A stretch of 63,140 nucleotides of DNA, filler included, from Reticulomyxa filosa (taxonomy: Eukaryota; Protista; Foraminifera), in assembly GCA_000512085.1 (NCBI GenBank). It is 11 parts of 11 records of this genome, joined end to end, with 100 filler letters (N's around TTAATTAATTAA, not from the genome) between each part and the next. Parts side by side here need not be neighbours in the genome. Positions count along the whole stretch, not along the records: positions 48,552 to 52,121 come from ASPP01029264.1; positions 52,222 to 53,594 come from ASPP01015656.1; positions 53,695 to 57,622 come from ASPP01009028.1; positions 57,723 to 61,736 come from ASPP01048539.1; positions 61,837 to 63,140 come from ASPP01041203.1; 6 more parts are not named here. One strand, 5' to 3'. The notes under the pieces were generated by a model, which did no database searches, had not been told where the DNA came from, and worked only from the letters and a program-made list of their open reading frames with translations. Shown here piece by piece: positions 50,701 to 63,140 of this stretch. Numbering within the stretch: the stretch's first letter is position 1; each line of letters opens with the position of its first letter. The position numbers and the translations under genes were made by a program.

Positions 50701-51169
50701 ACACATCTGGCTTTAACTGTCGTAAAGGTGTCAACAGTACATTGATTTGATTATAATCGATGATAATCAAGTCAACCTTTTTTTTTTCCAACACCACATT
50801 TGCTGCACCTACGCAGGTGCAAGAAATTATTGCTGACTGCTATACCACTTTGGCCCATTCTTTCTTTCCATGACGGCGTAGCATCGACAATTGCGGATGC
50901 AACTTGTATTTTCCCCAGGTGCCAGGTGGTCCCTGAATTGTGTCAGATTCCTGATTATGTTCATCGTTGTATAATAAATTACATTTGATACAAAAAAAAA
51001 AAAGCAATTATTCCAAAACTATTGTAAAAAAAAAAAAGGGGGTACATAACAAATTGTGTAATGTTTCCAAGAAAGGGTAGAAAAAAAAGTATATATACGT
51101 ATACATACATGTATGTGTTTGTGTACACATGTGAAATGATTATATTCGAACATTTATCACACCTGCAGC

Positions 51170-52121
51170 TGAATTCAGAAAGTAATACCAGAAGAACCTA
51201 TATCCACAATAATTGGAGCCTTTAGTCATCGAATCGCGTGATTTTGTAGCTCTGGCAAAGCAAATGCAGAAATGCGGATGCAGATGATGTCTTGCTCCAA
51301 TTTGACATTACAGAGACTTTCTAACAAGAATTTACGATTAAGCATGTCGCAGTCGTTGCTCAAAAAGCGCTTTGTCGTAGTCGTTATTTTGATCAATTCC
51401 GAGCGGAAAAGGCCTTTACAAAATTACATAAAAAAAAAAAAAAATCAACCACATACGTATATCATTTATTGATTTATCAATTGGATTCTCAGCCCAAAAG
51501 AGATAAAATTTGGGAAGAAAAAAATACCATTGGACAAAGCTGGATTAAAAAATTGACGACTGTTTCTCAAACTTGCAATAAGATCAGCAATGTTTGAAGA
51601 AGTAATCTTTCCATTGTTCAGACCATAGAACACAATGTTGCGTGAATATCTCGATAGCACATTCCATAGGCGCCAAACACGCTTCTTCTTTGTTTGCTCC
51701 ATTGAACTGGTCATTAAAAGTTTGCAAGAAATGTTTGGTAGTGTATACGTGTTTGGAATCAAGACTGGGGTCATTACTACCAATGGTCGCCTTGATCACC
51801 ACATTTCGCATATCGCACACATTCACAGACAGCCAGAATGACGTCAACAATAGTTTCTCACCGTTCTCGCGTCATTACCCATTTGGGCTTGTTTTCAGGG
51901 TCCTCGCTCTCTTGCACTGTCGCAAACACTTGGAAGCACACATTTTGCAATCTTTGGAATGTGTCTCTGTCCAATCCAATGCTGGTATTTTGTCCGCAAT
52001 AAAACACTAACGACAAGACGTGCAGCCAGGCATCGAACAATTCCGTATTCTAATTGCTTTGTGGCAATAACAATAACATGTTACTCACACAATCTGGAAT
52101 GTCTTTGCTGCTTTTACTTTG
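51170..52121 (-). pseudogene. Decayed multi-exon gene of unknown family
   Basis: Coding-like composition in three blocks separated by intron-like tracts; repeated frameshifts and stops. Confidence 0.4.
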
Positions 52122-52221
52122 NNNNNNNNNNNNNNNNNNNNNNNNNNNNNNNNNNNNNNNNNNNNTTAATTAATTAANNNNNNNNNNNNNNNNNNNNNNN
52201 NNNNNNNNNNNNNNNNNNNNN
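52122..52221. other. Artificial contig linker
   Basis: N44-TTAATTAATTAA-N44. Confidence 0.98.
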
Positions 52222-52699
52222 TAAGTACAATAAAAACTTGAAGACAATCAACTTTTTAGAAATTTGAAATAAAACTTACCACTACTAGTTGAGGTAAAGT
52301 TTGTTCATGATTGATAAGATCTGTCATTTTGCAACTGCTTTTGTTTTTTTGCTAGGATAGTTTCAATGATGTAAAGTAGAAAAGTTTTACTTTTTTTTTC
52401 AAGTTCAATGAAGGGGCTTCAAAAAAAGAATTTTGCAATATCTGATTTTTTCTTGATGAAGAAAAAAAAAGAAAATGAATTGTTACTTTTTTATAATCAT
52501 ATTAAGGACAATAAATTCCTTTTTTACTTATTCAGTATATCTAATAATATGCAAATATTTTATTATAAAATTGAATTATGTGTGCAAACATAAAAAAATT
52601 TATCATGATCCAATGAACAATTACAAAAGAAAAAACTAGACAGAAAAACAAAGATTTGTTGAAACTAAATTATCTCTAGTTCTTTTTGTCAACAATACT

Positions 52700-53080
52700 T
52701 TGACAGAAATTGGATGCTGCAATTGAACACTCCAGAACAAATTAATCAAGTTGTAAACAGTTCAGTTAACCCTTTTCTTTTTTTTCTTAAATCATAAAAA
52801 TTCCATTTACTTTCTTTTCAGTGATATAAATTTAACTATTGTTTCCTTTGATCAAATAAATTCACTCTTATTTGATTAAATATCCAAAAAAAAATTGTTT
52901 TGATAATGATATGGCAAAAATTTCACATAATTCACATAACTTGAATGTTCATTGAATAATTGAACTTGTTTGTTATTATCAATATCTCATATACAAACTA
53001 TTTTATCATCTGATCCAGAACAAATCAATTGACAATCAGCAGATGCTGAATAGTCAATATTATTTACACACAATACAAAT
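52700..53080 (-). pseudogene. WD40-repeat pseudogene fragment
   Basis: IDYSASADCQLICSGSDDKIVCI*DIDNNKQVQLFNEHSSYVNYVKF. Confidence 0.65.
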
Positions 53081-53179
53081 TAAAATTGATAGTTGATAAT
53101 AAAATACTCATAAGATTATTTATTGTTTTAAAGATTTAATTTTTGAAGTAATTATTCACAATAAAAAAAAGGATAGATA

Positions 53180-53594
53180 ATGTTATCCTTGAACATGGAA
53201 AGAGAGGAAAAAAAAGTAGAAAATGAAAAAGAGATATTTTTCAGTTCTGATTGTTATAACAAAGATTGGATTTTATTAACAAACAACGAACAGAAATTGA
53301 ACCATTTGATCTGCTGCATCTGCAAACAAATTGCAAACAACGCAGTAGAATTGCAATGTGATGAGCATCAAAATGACGGAAAAGTATATTTGGTAGGAGA
53401 AGAGTGTTTGCAAGTGTATTTAAAATAAAGCAATGGTAAATGCCCAATTCAACAACACGATCATTGCAAATTTGTAAAGAATCAAATTTTAGACAACAAG
53501 TTTCAGATTTATTGGTAACATGTCCTCGACAATATAATTTGAAAAAGAACCAATTAAAAGAAGAACACGAAAATGAATGCAATTATAAAGGAAA
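53180..53594 (+). pseudogene. RING/TRAF-type zinc-finger gene, 5' part, disrupted
   Basis: LICCICKQIANNAVELQC..GEECL..YLK*SNGKCPIQQHDHC, then a frameshift to RQQVSDLLVTCPRQ..CNYKG. Confidence 0.75.
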
Positions 53595-53694
53595 NNNNNN
53601 NNNNNNNNNNNNNNNNNNNNNNNNNNNNNNNNNNNNNNTTAATTAATTAANNNNNNNNNNNNNNNNNNNNNNNNNNNNNNNNNNNNNNNNNNNN
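53595..53694. other. Artificial contig linker
   Basis: N44-TTAATTAATTAA-N44. Confidence 0.98.
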
Positions 53695-53765
53695 GAATAG
53701 TATACGTATATATATGTGTATCTTTTTAAAAAAAAAATTGATGCGTATGTTTAAAATGTGTGCAG

Positions 53766-54474
53766 AATTACTTCTAGCTGTGATTGAAATGACTCAATTT
53801 CAACAACAAATGGAAACTCAAATGGATTCACTCAAGGAGTATCATGATGAGTCCGCGCTTGCAAAAATTCGACTTCCTCCTGATATTCCAAAGTCAGTGC
53901 TGGTATTTGATACTGCATCCAACCAAGAAATCATCGACCAATTCAAACAACACAACTCCTCGATAGAAAATAATGACCCGGTGTTGTTGTATTTCAAAGT
54001 TGTTGCTTATCGCATTTATCAAAAGTACATTCGAGTGGGAAGCGAGTTATCATTTGTTATCTTAACACAAAAAAAATAAATAAATTTGTGACTATATAAC
54101 CCCTTGTTGATTTCAATTGTAGCAAGACAGTGTTAATTAGTGATCTTGCTCTTTCTACTCTTCTCTCTTATCTATATAAAATATATGACAACAAAAAAAA
54201 TTGATTTATATTTCACAGACATGAAATCAACATTGGCAGCCAAAATCGTGCAGCATTACACTTTTTGATCGAAGATAAACAGCAATGGTTTTCTGGACAG
54301 TACATGACCCCTCCCGGAGCACCTTACCATAATGGGGTTACTGATAGACTCCTTTATACTATTTTTGACGAGGCGTTGCAAGAGAATATACAACTTTTGT
54401 TTTCAAGCTTTTATCGTTTTCAAGATACCAATGAGTTTGAAAACTTACAGCATCGATTATCTGGGGATCATTGA
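53766..54474 (+). CDS. RGS-domain protein, 3' partial (exons 53766-54045, 54219-54474)
   Basis: ELLLAVIEMTQF, AYRIYQKYIRVGSEHEINI and IFDEALQENIQLLFSSFYRF match RGS helices. Intron phase is consistent. Confidence 0.8.
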
Positions 54475-55499
54475 AGTCTCTGCTTTTTTTTTGGTGAATT
54501 GCCTTTTTTTGTTTGTTTGTTTGTGTTTTGTTTTCTCTTATCGCAACTTTGAATTTGTCTTTTTTTTTTTGCTCGTTTTATTCATCTTGTACGTTTTTGG
54601 CTTAAAAACTATTTCACTTAATTTAGCTAAATATTTGTTTGATCACAAGTCAAATATAATGTATATTGGTTTGTTCCTTTCTTCTAAAAAAAAACAAACA
54701 ACAATAAAAATAAAATATTCAACAAAAATCGAACATAAAAACTTAGCATTGCACGTAACGTCGACAAATAAAACAACGACTTACAAAACTTTTAAAAAAA
54801 CAAAAAAAGATGATGTAGCTGTAATATATACACTATAACATATACACTGATTACTGACTAGTAACAGTGTTACGACTTAAGATGCAGATCATACCAATTA
54901 CATGTAGCGCGCCGCCAACTATATAATCTTAATTGTTCATCTTAAACTGCTGTTATATCATTGAATATCATTTTCAATATAACAATCATACACAATAGCC
55001 TCCAAACGGACTAAGCTGTTACAGTCAACATCCACAGGATAGAAGTGATTTAAGTGTGCTAATTCATGCGAAAACTTTATGTATAACTACTAGTTGATAA
55101 ATATATCATTTTTTTTCAAAAATCATTATTATGTGTTATTATGTAAACAAAAAAAAACAAAAAATATAAATGATTTTGGCGGAATCACGCTAAAATTCTT
55201 CGAACAAAAAAGAATTGAAAGCTGGATCTAAAAGCTTTTATTTGTGTTCCCTGGCCTTGGGGGCTTCGCCGAATCAAATGGTTCGTCAACTAACATAATA
55301 TTTTCTTTTTTGGACTGCGATCAATTCTTTGTGGACTGGCCTCATGCTCTATATTGATCACGCATGTTGAAATATCGAACATGAACAGCTTGTTCATTGA
55401 ATTGACTTGACTGACTATACTACCATTTGTATCAAAATCTCACTTGACCACTAGTTTAAGTTTGATGTTAAATTAAAAAAATATCAAAGTCAAATCATT

Positions 55500-56310
55500 A
55501 AGATCAAAGCAAATTAGTCATCATATAAGATTGAAAATCATAAAATTGAAACTTGTTTTAGTATTAATAAATGTGAATAGTTTCATCAAGTATTAGACAA
55601 TCAATTGCAAGAATGTAGAAACACAACACAATATTATTCCAAAATTCACAAGTATTAGATCTTGTAGTATAGCACTGTACAAATTGTCATATTTTAAATA
55701 TCCACAACACATTATGCCCAAAGACAATTAGAAATGAAATAAATTATTGTGTATTATTTATTACGTAGACAATGAAAAAAAGTCCACAAATTGAAAAGGA
55801 TATTCAATCGTGATCGAACTGCATACAATCACAAGTATTATAATTAAGAAGAAGTAATACTAAAAATGAAACTATTACAGTATAATCGATAGTATCTTGT
55901 CAAAACAAATTAGAATTTTTATTACGAATGACATAGTCGATTTATTAATCATTCAATGGCAATTCATTGATATATGCATTATTATTTGATATTTTATCTG
56001 CATACGATAGTGTGTATATATATTTAGTCACAATATTATAAAAGAATTTATATTAAAATTAAGAATGTATTGGTGTTTGTATAGCTTCATCAAAAATTGA
56101 ATTTAACAAGTTATACTGAATCACATTGAAATAAAATTTGAAGTTTGTGTACCAAAATAATCATATCAAAATGGAAAATGTTATTGGCAGCAGACAAGAC
56201 CAAATCAATTACATTTAAAATGAAGAACAATAAGAAATCACAATAATGAATGTGGATTTAAATGATAGGATAATTTAAGAAGCATATCATGTCAAGTATT
56301 TGTTATTAAC
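55500..56310 (+). mobile_element. Highly decayed non-LTR retrotransposon fragment
   Basis: 56170-56305 (WKMLLAADKTKSITFKMKN..HVKYL) is homologous to the RT C-terminal part at ~58780-58915. Left boundary uncertain. Confidence 0.55.
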
Positions 56311-57622
56311 ATTCATATGCTAAAAAAATAATTTATTTTAATATACTTCATCATTAGATTAAATTTTACAAAAAAGTCTTATTTTGAATGAAATTGAAGA
56401 CAGAAGCGACTAGATACTGCAACATCCAGCATTACCTAAAAGAATTTTGAAAAATTACTTTAAAGATTTTTAACGATTTAGTCATAGACAAAGTTTGTGA
56501 CGAAAGTATATCAAAGACAAGATCAAAAGAAACAAACTACAAAAAATTTTTTTAAGTAAATTTTTATATTAGTTGAAAATTCGTATATAGTGAAATGTCA
56601 AATATCTTTCAATATCAAGTGACAAACAAAGCTTCATAAAACAGTATGCAAACCAAAATATAAACAACAAGCAAAAGTTACAAACAAAATTTATCTAATT
56701 TGTTACCAAATAAGTCAATCAGATAACTCCACAACTTTTTGATTATTATAAGTGTTTAAATTTTTTTGTTTTGATTTTCTTTAATTTGTTGAAAGAAAGT
56801 GGAATCTAAATATTTTATGATACTTTCGAAAATAAGAACTAAGAGAATTCTTTTTGGCAATGCTGCTGTAATCCTCACTGACGATCCACATGGAAGAGCT
56901 AAAATTGTTTTCACAACAGTTGATTGATATCAACTTACAACCTTTGAGATTTGATTTGTTTTTTTGATATTTTAATGTTTAATCAAAACCTGTTGTCTAT
57001 TGAGAAATTTTTGATTATATTTCCTTTGCTTTTGTTTTTCTGTAGATTACGTGTTCATTTTGGGACGATGTGCTATTTTTTAACTAGGTTAAGATCTTAA
57101 TTCTCGCTGAAAAAAACTACAATATATTATAAGTCAATATAAAATTTGTAGTGTAAGCCCTTAGTGAATATGGCCGAACTCTAAAGATCATTAATAGTCC
57201 ACAGTAGGTTAAACCAATTAAAAACTCTTTTCACTTCTTTGTTGCTTTCTTTCGTTTTCTTGTTATTAATTATTCTTTTATTTAACACATTTTTGTTTTA
57301 TTTGAAACTGCTATCAAAAAAAGTATCTGTTGTGTTACACTTACAACTTGTACCTGAGCTTCCTACAATATGACTTCAATACTATCACAAAACTTAATAT
57401 ACAAAAAAATTTTATATTACATAATTTCAAAGATAAAATTCACAAAAAAATATTTTAAAAATTAAATTTTAATTGTGAATTTAAAAACTGCGAAAAATAC
57501 AAGGATAATTCTTTTTTTAAAATGTGTTTTTGAAGATTACTAAAAAAGACAAAAAGATTTAAAGTTTCATCTTGTCAATACATATTTGATTTATTTAATT
57601 CATGCGAAATTTTGAAAAAACA

Positions 57623-57722
57623 NNNNNNNNNNNNNNNNNNNNNNNNNNNNNNNNNNNNNNNNNNNNTTAATTAATTAANNNNNNNNNNNNNNNNNNNNNN
57701 NNNNNNNNNNNNNNNNNNNNNN
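57623..57722. other. Artificial contig linker
   Basis: N44-TTAATTAATTAA-N44. Confidence 0.98.
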
Positions 57723-57799
57723 GTTGATTTTTCATGGAGAAAATCAATTATCATCATAGGATATCGTTTTATGCGTTCAGTTTTCTTTGCAACCTACTG
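57723..57799 (-). mobile_element. Tc1-like TIR end at a contig start
   Basis: Reverse complement TA|CAGTAGGTTGCAAAGAAAACTG..ATTGATTTTCTCCATGAAAAAT matches the family TIR. Confidence 0.7.
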
Positions 57800-58449
57800 T
57801 AGTATATATTTATTACATTATTTAATTGTTTTGTTTCGTTAATTTATTTTTAAATTAGATATCATTTAACAACTTTCATTTATCATTTTAAAGTTTTTGT
57901 GAAATAAGAAAGTTTGAACAAATTCCACTCTGTTTTCCTTTCTTATTATTGTGAGCTACTGGATTTCTTGATAAATTTAGAGGCTTTGTTACATCAGCCA
58001 GTTAGAACAAAATCAATATTGATATGACAGAAGCATTAAAGTGTTTTGTTTATTGTTTTGTATTATTTTTTTCATTACATTTCTTTGTTATTAACATTTT
58101 GTTTTACTTTTAGTTGTGTTACTTGATTACTTATTTAATGCATAGTAATTTTAGTAGTGCATTCTGTGTGATTGAGTGCTTGGTTAATATGTTTTTTCTC
58201 TTTTCTTTTTTTTTATGGAATATAAATGTACAACATTCTATCATAAAAAAATGAAAAGTTCAAATATCAAAAAATTTGTATAAAAAATGAAACAATATAC
58301 AATAAACAAAAACATTTTAATATTTCTTTTCTAAACATTGATGAATATCAACGTGAATTTCGTTCCAACTTGTTGATATCACAAAGCCTCCAAATTCTTT
58401 AAAAAATCCAGTATCTCATGTATGTTACAATGCGAAAAATAAAAGTATA

Positions 58450-61170
58450 GTACTAGATTATATAATATTTGTTTTTAAAAAAAGTTGCTCAATTCCTTTT
58501 TCTATCCATTCAAACAAATCAGTTATAGTAATTCCAAGTATTGCCAGCACGTTTGCTGTTGCCTCTACAGACCTCAATTTATGCTTTAACAAAAACTCAC
58601 GTTGCTTGATGCAAATGATTAGTTAATATTGGTATGTGCGTCAATTTAACGTGAAAATCTTGAGTATTTAATGGAAAAAAAAGAAAAGTAAACATTATTT
58701 GAAAAACTTTTATTCGTTTTTATAAAATGCTTTGCCATAAACGTAGTTAATGTGTTGCTGGAATGTGATTTATTGATCAACAAGTATTTCACGTGATTCG
58801 CTTCTTCAATGTTATTTACGTTCAATTTTAACTTCATCTTTGGATATTTTCTTTTGTTCTTCATCTTGAACGTGATCAGTTGAGTTTTATCTGAAGCCAA
58901 TAGCATTTTCCATTTTGAAGACCACAAACTGACACAATCCAAACTTTTTTGCATCAACGACAATTGTCTTTTCATTTCATTTTCATCACTAGTATAAATA
59001 GATGTCCACAATGTTACATCATCTGCAAACATCCCACATTGAATTGGATCTTTGACAGATTTCATAATTTCGTTGATGTATAACAGGAACAACAATGGAG
59101 ATAGCGGTGATCCTTATGGTACACCAACTTCAAATTTTCTTTCATTTGAACTGACTCCATTCAATACTACTTGTACAATTCGATTTTTGAGAAGGCTATC
59201 CAACCGCCAGTACATTTTTCCTTTTAATCCAAATTCATATCTCATATTGTGCCTTAATCCTCTACATACGCTGTCATATGCCGTCATAACCTGATTTTTG
59301 GAATTTATCTTTATCCGTTCCAAATATCTTTTTGGTTGAATGGAGATTTCGTCGATACAGCATACCAATTTTTCCTGTTTCACTCCAAAATTCATTATAC
59401 AAACTCCGGAAGTGATTTCTTGATGCTATTCTGTTTGTCTATGACCGGAAGCATTCATGAAGGAGACAAATATGTTGTTGAACTGAGCGGATGTTCTGCT
59501 CCAGCAGTTGGGCTTTTGAATAAAAGCAGCTGATATTGTTCTGGAAAATCAACATGTTACTGTTCATAGATCCAAATCAATGTCAGTATTCGCTATGTTG
59601 ATTTCCTCTCTTGATCTATTACCAACACCCATTTGCATCATTGCTTTGAATGATCGCATAAGCGTTGTAATTTCTTTGAATGCAGCTTTCATATCCTCAA
59701 TTTCACGTTTCAATGATAAGATTTATCATCATCTTTTTGATTATTGTTTTGTGGTCTTCTAACTGGATGTTTTGCCACTTTATTTTTGTTTTTTTTTGCA
59801 TTTTGTTTGTCTCCATTTATATTAAGGTTTTGTTTGCTCTGACTGACTGCCTCAGTGTATGAATATTGATTGTTATTGTTAGATCTCTTTTTAATTTGAA
59901 TGGGTTGAGAAGGCGATGCCTTCTTTTGTATGATTGCATTCTCCTTCCTCGTCAACTTGATTCCAAGTTTTTCTCTTGCATTTCGAATCACTTAGCATTG
60001 TACCGAATCACTTGAATGATTCTTCTTGCATAATACACATTGATGCATGCTTAGATCATTCTTATATCAACATTTCGATTCTTCGTAATTCTTTAATCCA
60101 CAATACTTGCAAGTTTTTCTTTTATTTAGTCATTCTTTTGCAGTATGGTTCAACTTGAAGCAATTTTGACATTGCTTGAAGTGATACTTGGGCCTTGATT
60201 TATTCTTATCGAATAAAACAGCTTGCGCAATAGATTATCCAATCTGAATTCCTTGTTTTGAAGGGTCTTCATCACATCTTCAGATTTGGATAATGTTACC
60301 ATTACCATTGGCATTCTGTTGAATCTTTTCACCTGTTCAACTGAATATCCCTAATCTTCCAATGTCTCTTTGATCTCTTTTTCACTTTCCCGAACTGGAA
60401 CATTTTTCAACAATACAATCTTGTTCAATTCATGATTGAATACTCCTTGTTGTTTTCTTTTCTTGATCTCATCGACATAGTTTCGTAGATAAATTTGGCA
60501 TTTCGGTCGTCGTTTAGATTTCTTGGATTTGTTTTCGGATTTCTCATCGTTATCCGATTCCAATTGTATTTATTGAATGTTTCACATAGCTGTTGCAAGT
60601 GTTGTGCGTTCATATCCAAAGCAAAATGAATATATAGTGTTCTTAGATTGTCAGAAAACTCGTGATCAATAACACTTCTTGATAGTTGATTCTGTTCTTC
60701 AAGTCAATGAACTTAAGCGCTGATGTTGCTGACTTAAGTTCTTTGGCTTGAATTGATGTTATCACTAATGTTGGAGATGAAGAGCATAGTAAATTATGTC
60801 GATCTCGATACTTGAATATCTGTATAATTTCAAAATTGATTTCTTCATCTTTCTTTTTCTCATCCACCTCAGATAGCATAGAAACTTGCACTTGCAAGGA
60901 CTGCTCATTTGTTCTTCTTTTCTTTGTGTTCAAATCATAGATATAATCATTATCCAATTTTCTCTTTCTATTGTTGGTTGGATTATTATCAATATCCATT
61001 TGTGTAGCAAGTCGTTGGTATTTATATATTTTTTCCAATACTGGAATTTCCAATTGATTAATATCATTAACAATCAATTGATTCGATCTAATTCCATGTT
61101 TCAAATTCCCATTAATTACATTGGAATCACAATTAGTACCATCACAAGTTTGAAAATTTATTAACTGCAT
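58450..61170 (-). mobile_element. Decayed non-LTR retrotransposon (ORF1-like region plus reverse transcriptase)
   Basis: AYDSV, GVP*GSPLSPLLFLLYIN, MFADD and WSSKWKM RT motifs (58646-59300). A broken Lys/Asn-rich ORF1-like region lies upstream. No endonuclease recognised. Confidence 0.85.
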
Positions 61171-61736
61171 CTTTATTATGAATAGCCAACAAAAGTTTTA
61201 TTGCTCCATAATGACTTTTTCAGTCACAAAATGCGTGCTGATAAAAGCAAAAACTCTTATATGAGCTTGTGTTTCTATGCTTTAGTATATCAGCTCTCGA
61301 TTAAGTCTGCAAATGGAATATGTTCAACACCGTAACAACTTCACTAAAAAATGATTTTGATAAATATACCTTTATTTAGCCAGCAAGCCTTGCTAAACAG
61401 CTTTCTTGTTATCACCTTGCTAAGTAAAAGAATCTTTCTTTAAACTGCGCTTGCCTCAAATTTGGTGAAGTTTATATGAATAGACTATAACCCCCTACCC
61501 TGCTGAACTACAACAATAAGTTGCTAAAAAGCAATAAATATATTTAAAAAACATACTCAATAGTACAATATTCCAATACAAATATTTAATATTTCAATAT
61601 TATTAAATATAATAAAGTTTCTTGAGTTGTCTTCGAATTTTTTGATTTTCTTCGGTTTTATCAGAAATTTCTTGTCGACTAAAATAGCGAATTTAATTTT
61701 CAAAATTTCTTTCAAAAACACTAAGATGTTAACGAA

Positions 61737-61836
61737 NNNNNNNNNNNNNNNNNNNNNNNNNNNNNNNNNNNNNNNNNNNNTTAATTAATTAANNNNNNNN
61801 NNNNNNNNNNNNNNNNNNNNNNNNNNNNNNNNNNNN
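61737..61836. other. Artificial contig linker
   Basis: N44-TTAATTAATTAA-N44. Confidence 0.98.
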
Positions 61837-62307
61837 AAGTCATTTTGCATAGAATTTTCCAAATCTTTAATATTACCATCCAATCACGATAAAAAGAATT
61901 GCGCAAATTGATCAAACAAGAAGATTGCGAATAGTACTTCTTCGACGGCAAATATATCTGTCCATTGTTCAGGTCAATGTCTTTATTGTCTTGTTGTCGT
62001 TGCTGTTATTATCATTGTCACTGACGCTGACGTACTTTTGGACATTTTCGTCGACTATTTCTGTTTTAATTTCATGTGATTTTTCGTTCCATACTTCAAA
62101 TACCACGTTATAACCACCTTTCATGATGATTCCTTTATCCTTTTTTTAGTAATATATTCAACTAATTTTTATTTGAACTTTGAATTTTCCCTTTTTTAAA
62201 AAGACACTCAACGAGAAGAGTACTTTTCAACATTTGCAATAGAAACACGTGCAGCAAATTTTTTAATTCGTTGGCACCTCAATTTCCTTTTCAAAATATA
62301 ATGTCAT
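61837..62307 (-). pseudogene. Disrupted two-exon gene fragment of unknown family
   Basis: MTLYFEKEIEVPTN*KFAARV.. and DKGIIMKGGYNVVFEVWNEK..; an in-frame stop and a frameshift. Confidence 0.3.
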
Positions 62308-63140
62308 TGCAATACTTGTTCGTAAAGTTTAAGGATTGATTTTGAAATCAAAGTTGTTTTTTTCCAGTTTTAATCTTTCTTTTTGAAGTTAGTTGCGCTG
62401 CTTTGACTATTTTTTTTGGATAGTTTTTCCTTTCTAAAATGACATAACAGTAAAGTAAATGACGATAACACGGAAAATCGAAACTTTTTAAAAAGAAAAA
62501 TTGTGCAAAAAAATCATGTTTTGGAATTTTCTTTGTATGGAAATTTGAATAAAAAAGAATCTTTGATGATTTAACTTTGTATGATTACACAAAACCGAAA
62601 ACCACAATGACAGATTATTATTTAATCCCTAAATTTTACATATTTGACAGATTGCTACAATGACTATACCAAAGAGAGTGAGCAATTTGCAAATACATGT
62701 AACATATTTCAAAAATAAATACATTGATTTTGCATTTGAATATCAACCATTGCAATCTTCGCAATCATTGATTTCTCAAACTAAGTGCAAGATGAACAAG
62801 TTACAATTTAAATAACCACACGCTTTTGCTGTGGATGAGTTTGAACTATGTCCAATACTTGGCATATACTTTATCCAAATACTGAATAATTCACAATTAC
62901 AATTACATAGGAAAAGGATACGTATTTGCTGATAAGAATTTGACATTGTCGAAACTGTAAGATCTGATCTACAATACACATCCTAAAAAAACAAAGTTTT
63001 CAAATCACAACTCAGTTTTGCCAATAGACTGACTGGTTTTTGACACCTTTGAATGTGCTGTTCTTTCACTTCTGTGAGTCAATGCAAATAAAAACTAAAA
63101 ATAACATTCATGCCGAAACTTAGCGTCTATCACACTTCTT

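Noticed and set aside
53426-53428. In-frame TAA/TAG in the RING/TRAF and 49142 genes, suggesting stop-to-Gln reassignment
   Set aside because: Intact genes (Churchill, mitoferrin, IFT81) end at TAA/TAG and have no internal stops, and the RING/TRAF gene also has a frameshift, so pseudogenisation explains it.
54881-54915. GATGCAGATCATACCA resembling the 5' end of 5S rRNA
   Set aside because: Similarity ends after ~16 nt; no box A/C or 5S secondary structure follows.
56410-56880. Imperfect inverted repeat CAGCATT.CC.AAAAGAATT about 430 bp apart
   Set aside because: Only ~20 nt in AT-rich DNA, with no TSD and no second copy seen; insufficient to call an element.
62776-62985. Plus-strand fragments faintly resembling an SH2 domain
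   Set aside because: Requires several frameshifts and lacks a clear FLxR motif.

Overview
AT-rich eukaryotic (protist) genomic DNA made of 11 sequence pieces joined by ten identical 100-nt artificial linkers (N44-TTAATTAATTAA-N44). Adjacency across linkers is therefore not biological. The gene families (expanded WD40/Kelch, kinesin-light-chain-type TPR, RING/TRAF, Gly-rich and RGS proteins, many pseudogenes) suggest a foraminiferan such as Reticulomyxa filosa; this is an inference. Frame-consistent multi-exon models could be built by hand for: an AANAT-like GNAT, a CaMK-type kinase (5' part), a Rubicon-homology zinc-finger protein (3' part), a TPMT-like protein, two WD40 genes, two TPR genes, a Gly-rich protein, an OSR1/SPAK-like STE20 kinase, Churchill, mitoferrin, IFT81 and an RGS protein (3' part). 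Decayed DNA includes a MyTH4-myosin pseudogene, a UPF1-like helicase fragment, non-LTR retrotransposon relics (RT, RNase H) and a Tc1/mariner-like TIR family with a MITE. The most unusual signal is the splice-site grammar. Most reconstructed donors are non-G|GTT, while the GTA donors nearly always have G at -1. Many acceptors follow poly-A rather than polypyrimidine tracts, and introns carry recurrent TACGTA/(RY)n tracts. No rRNA, tRNA or CRISPR features were found.
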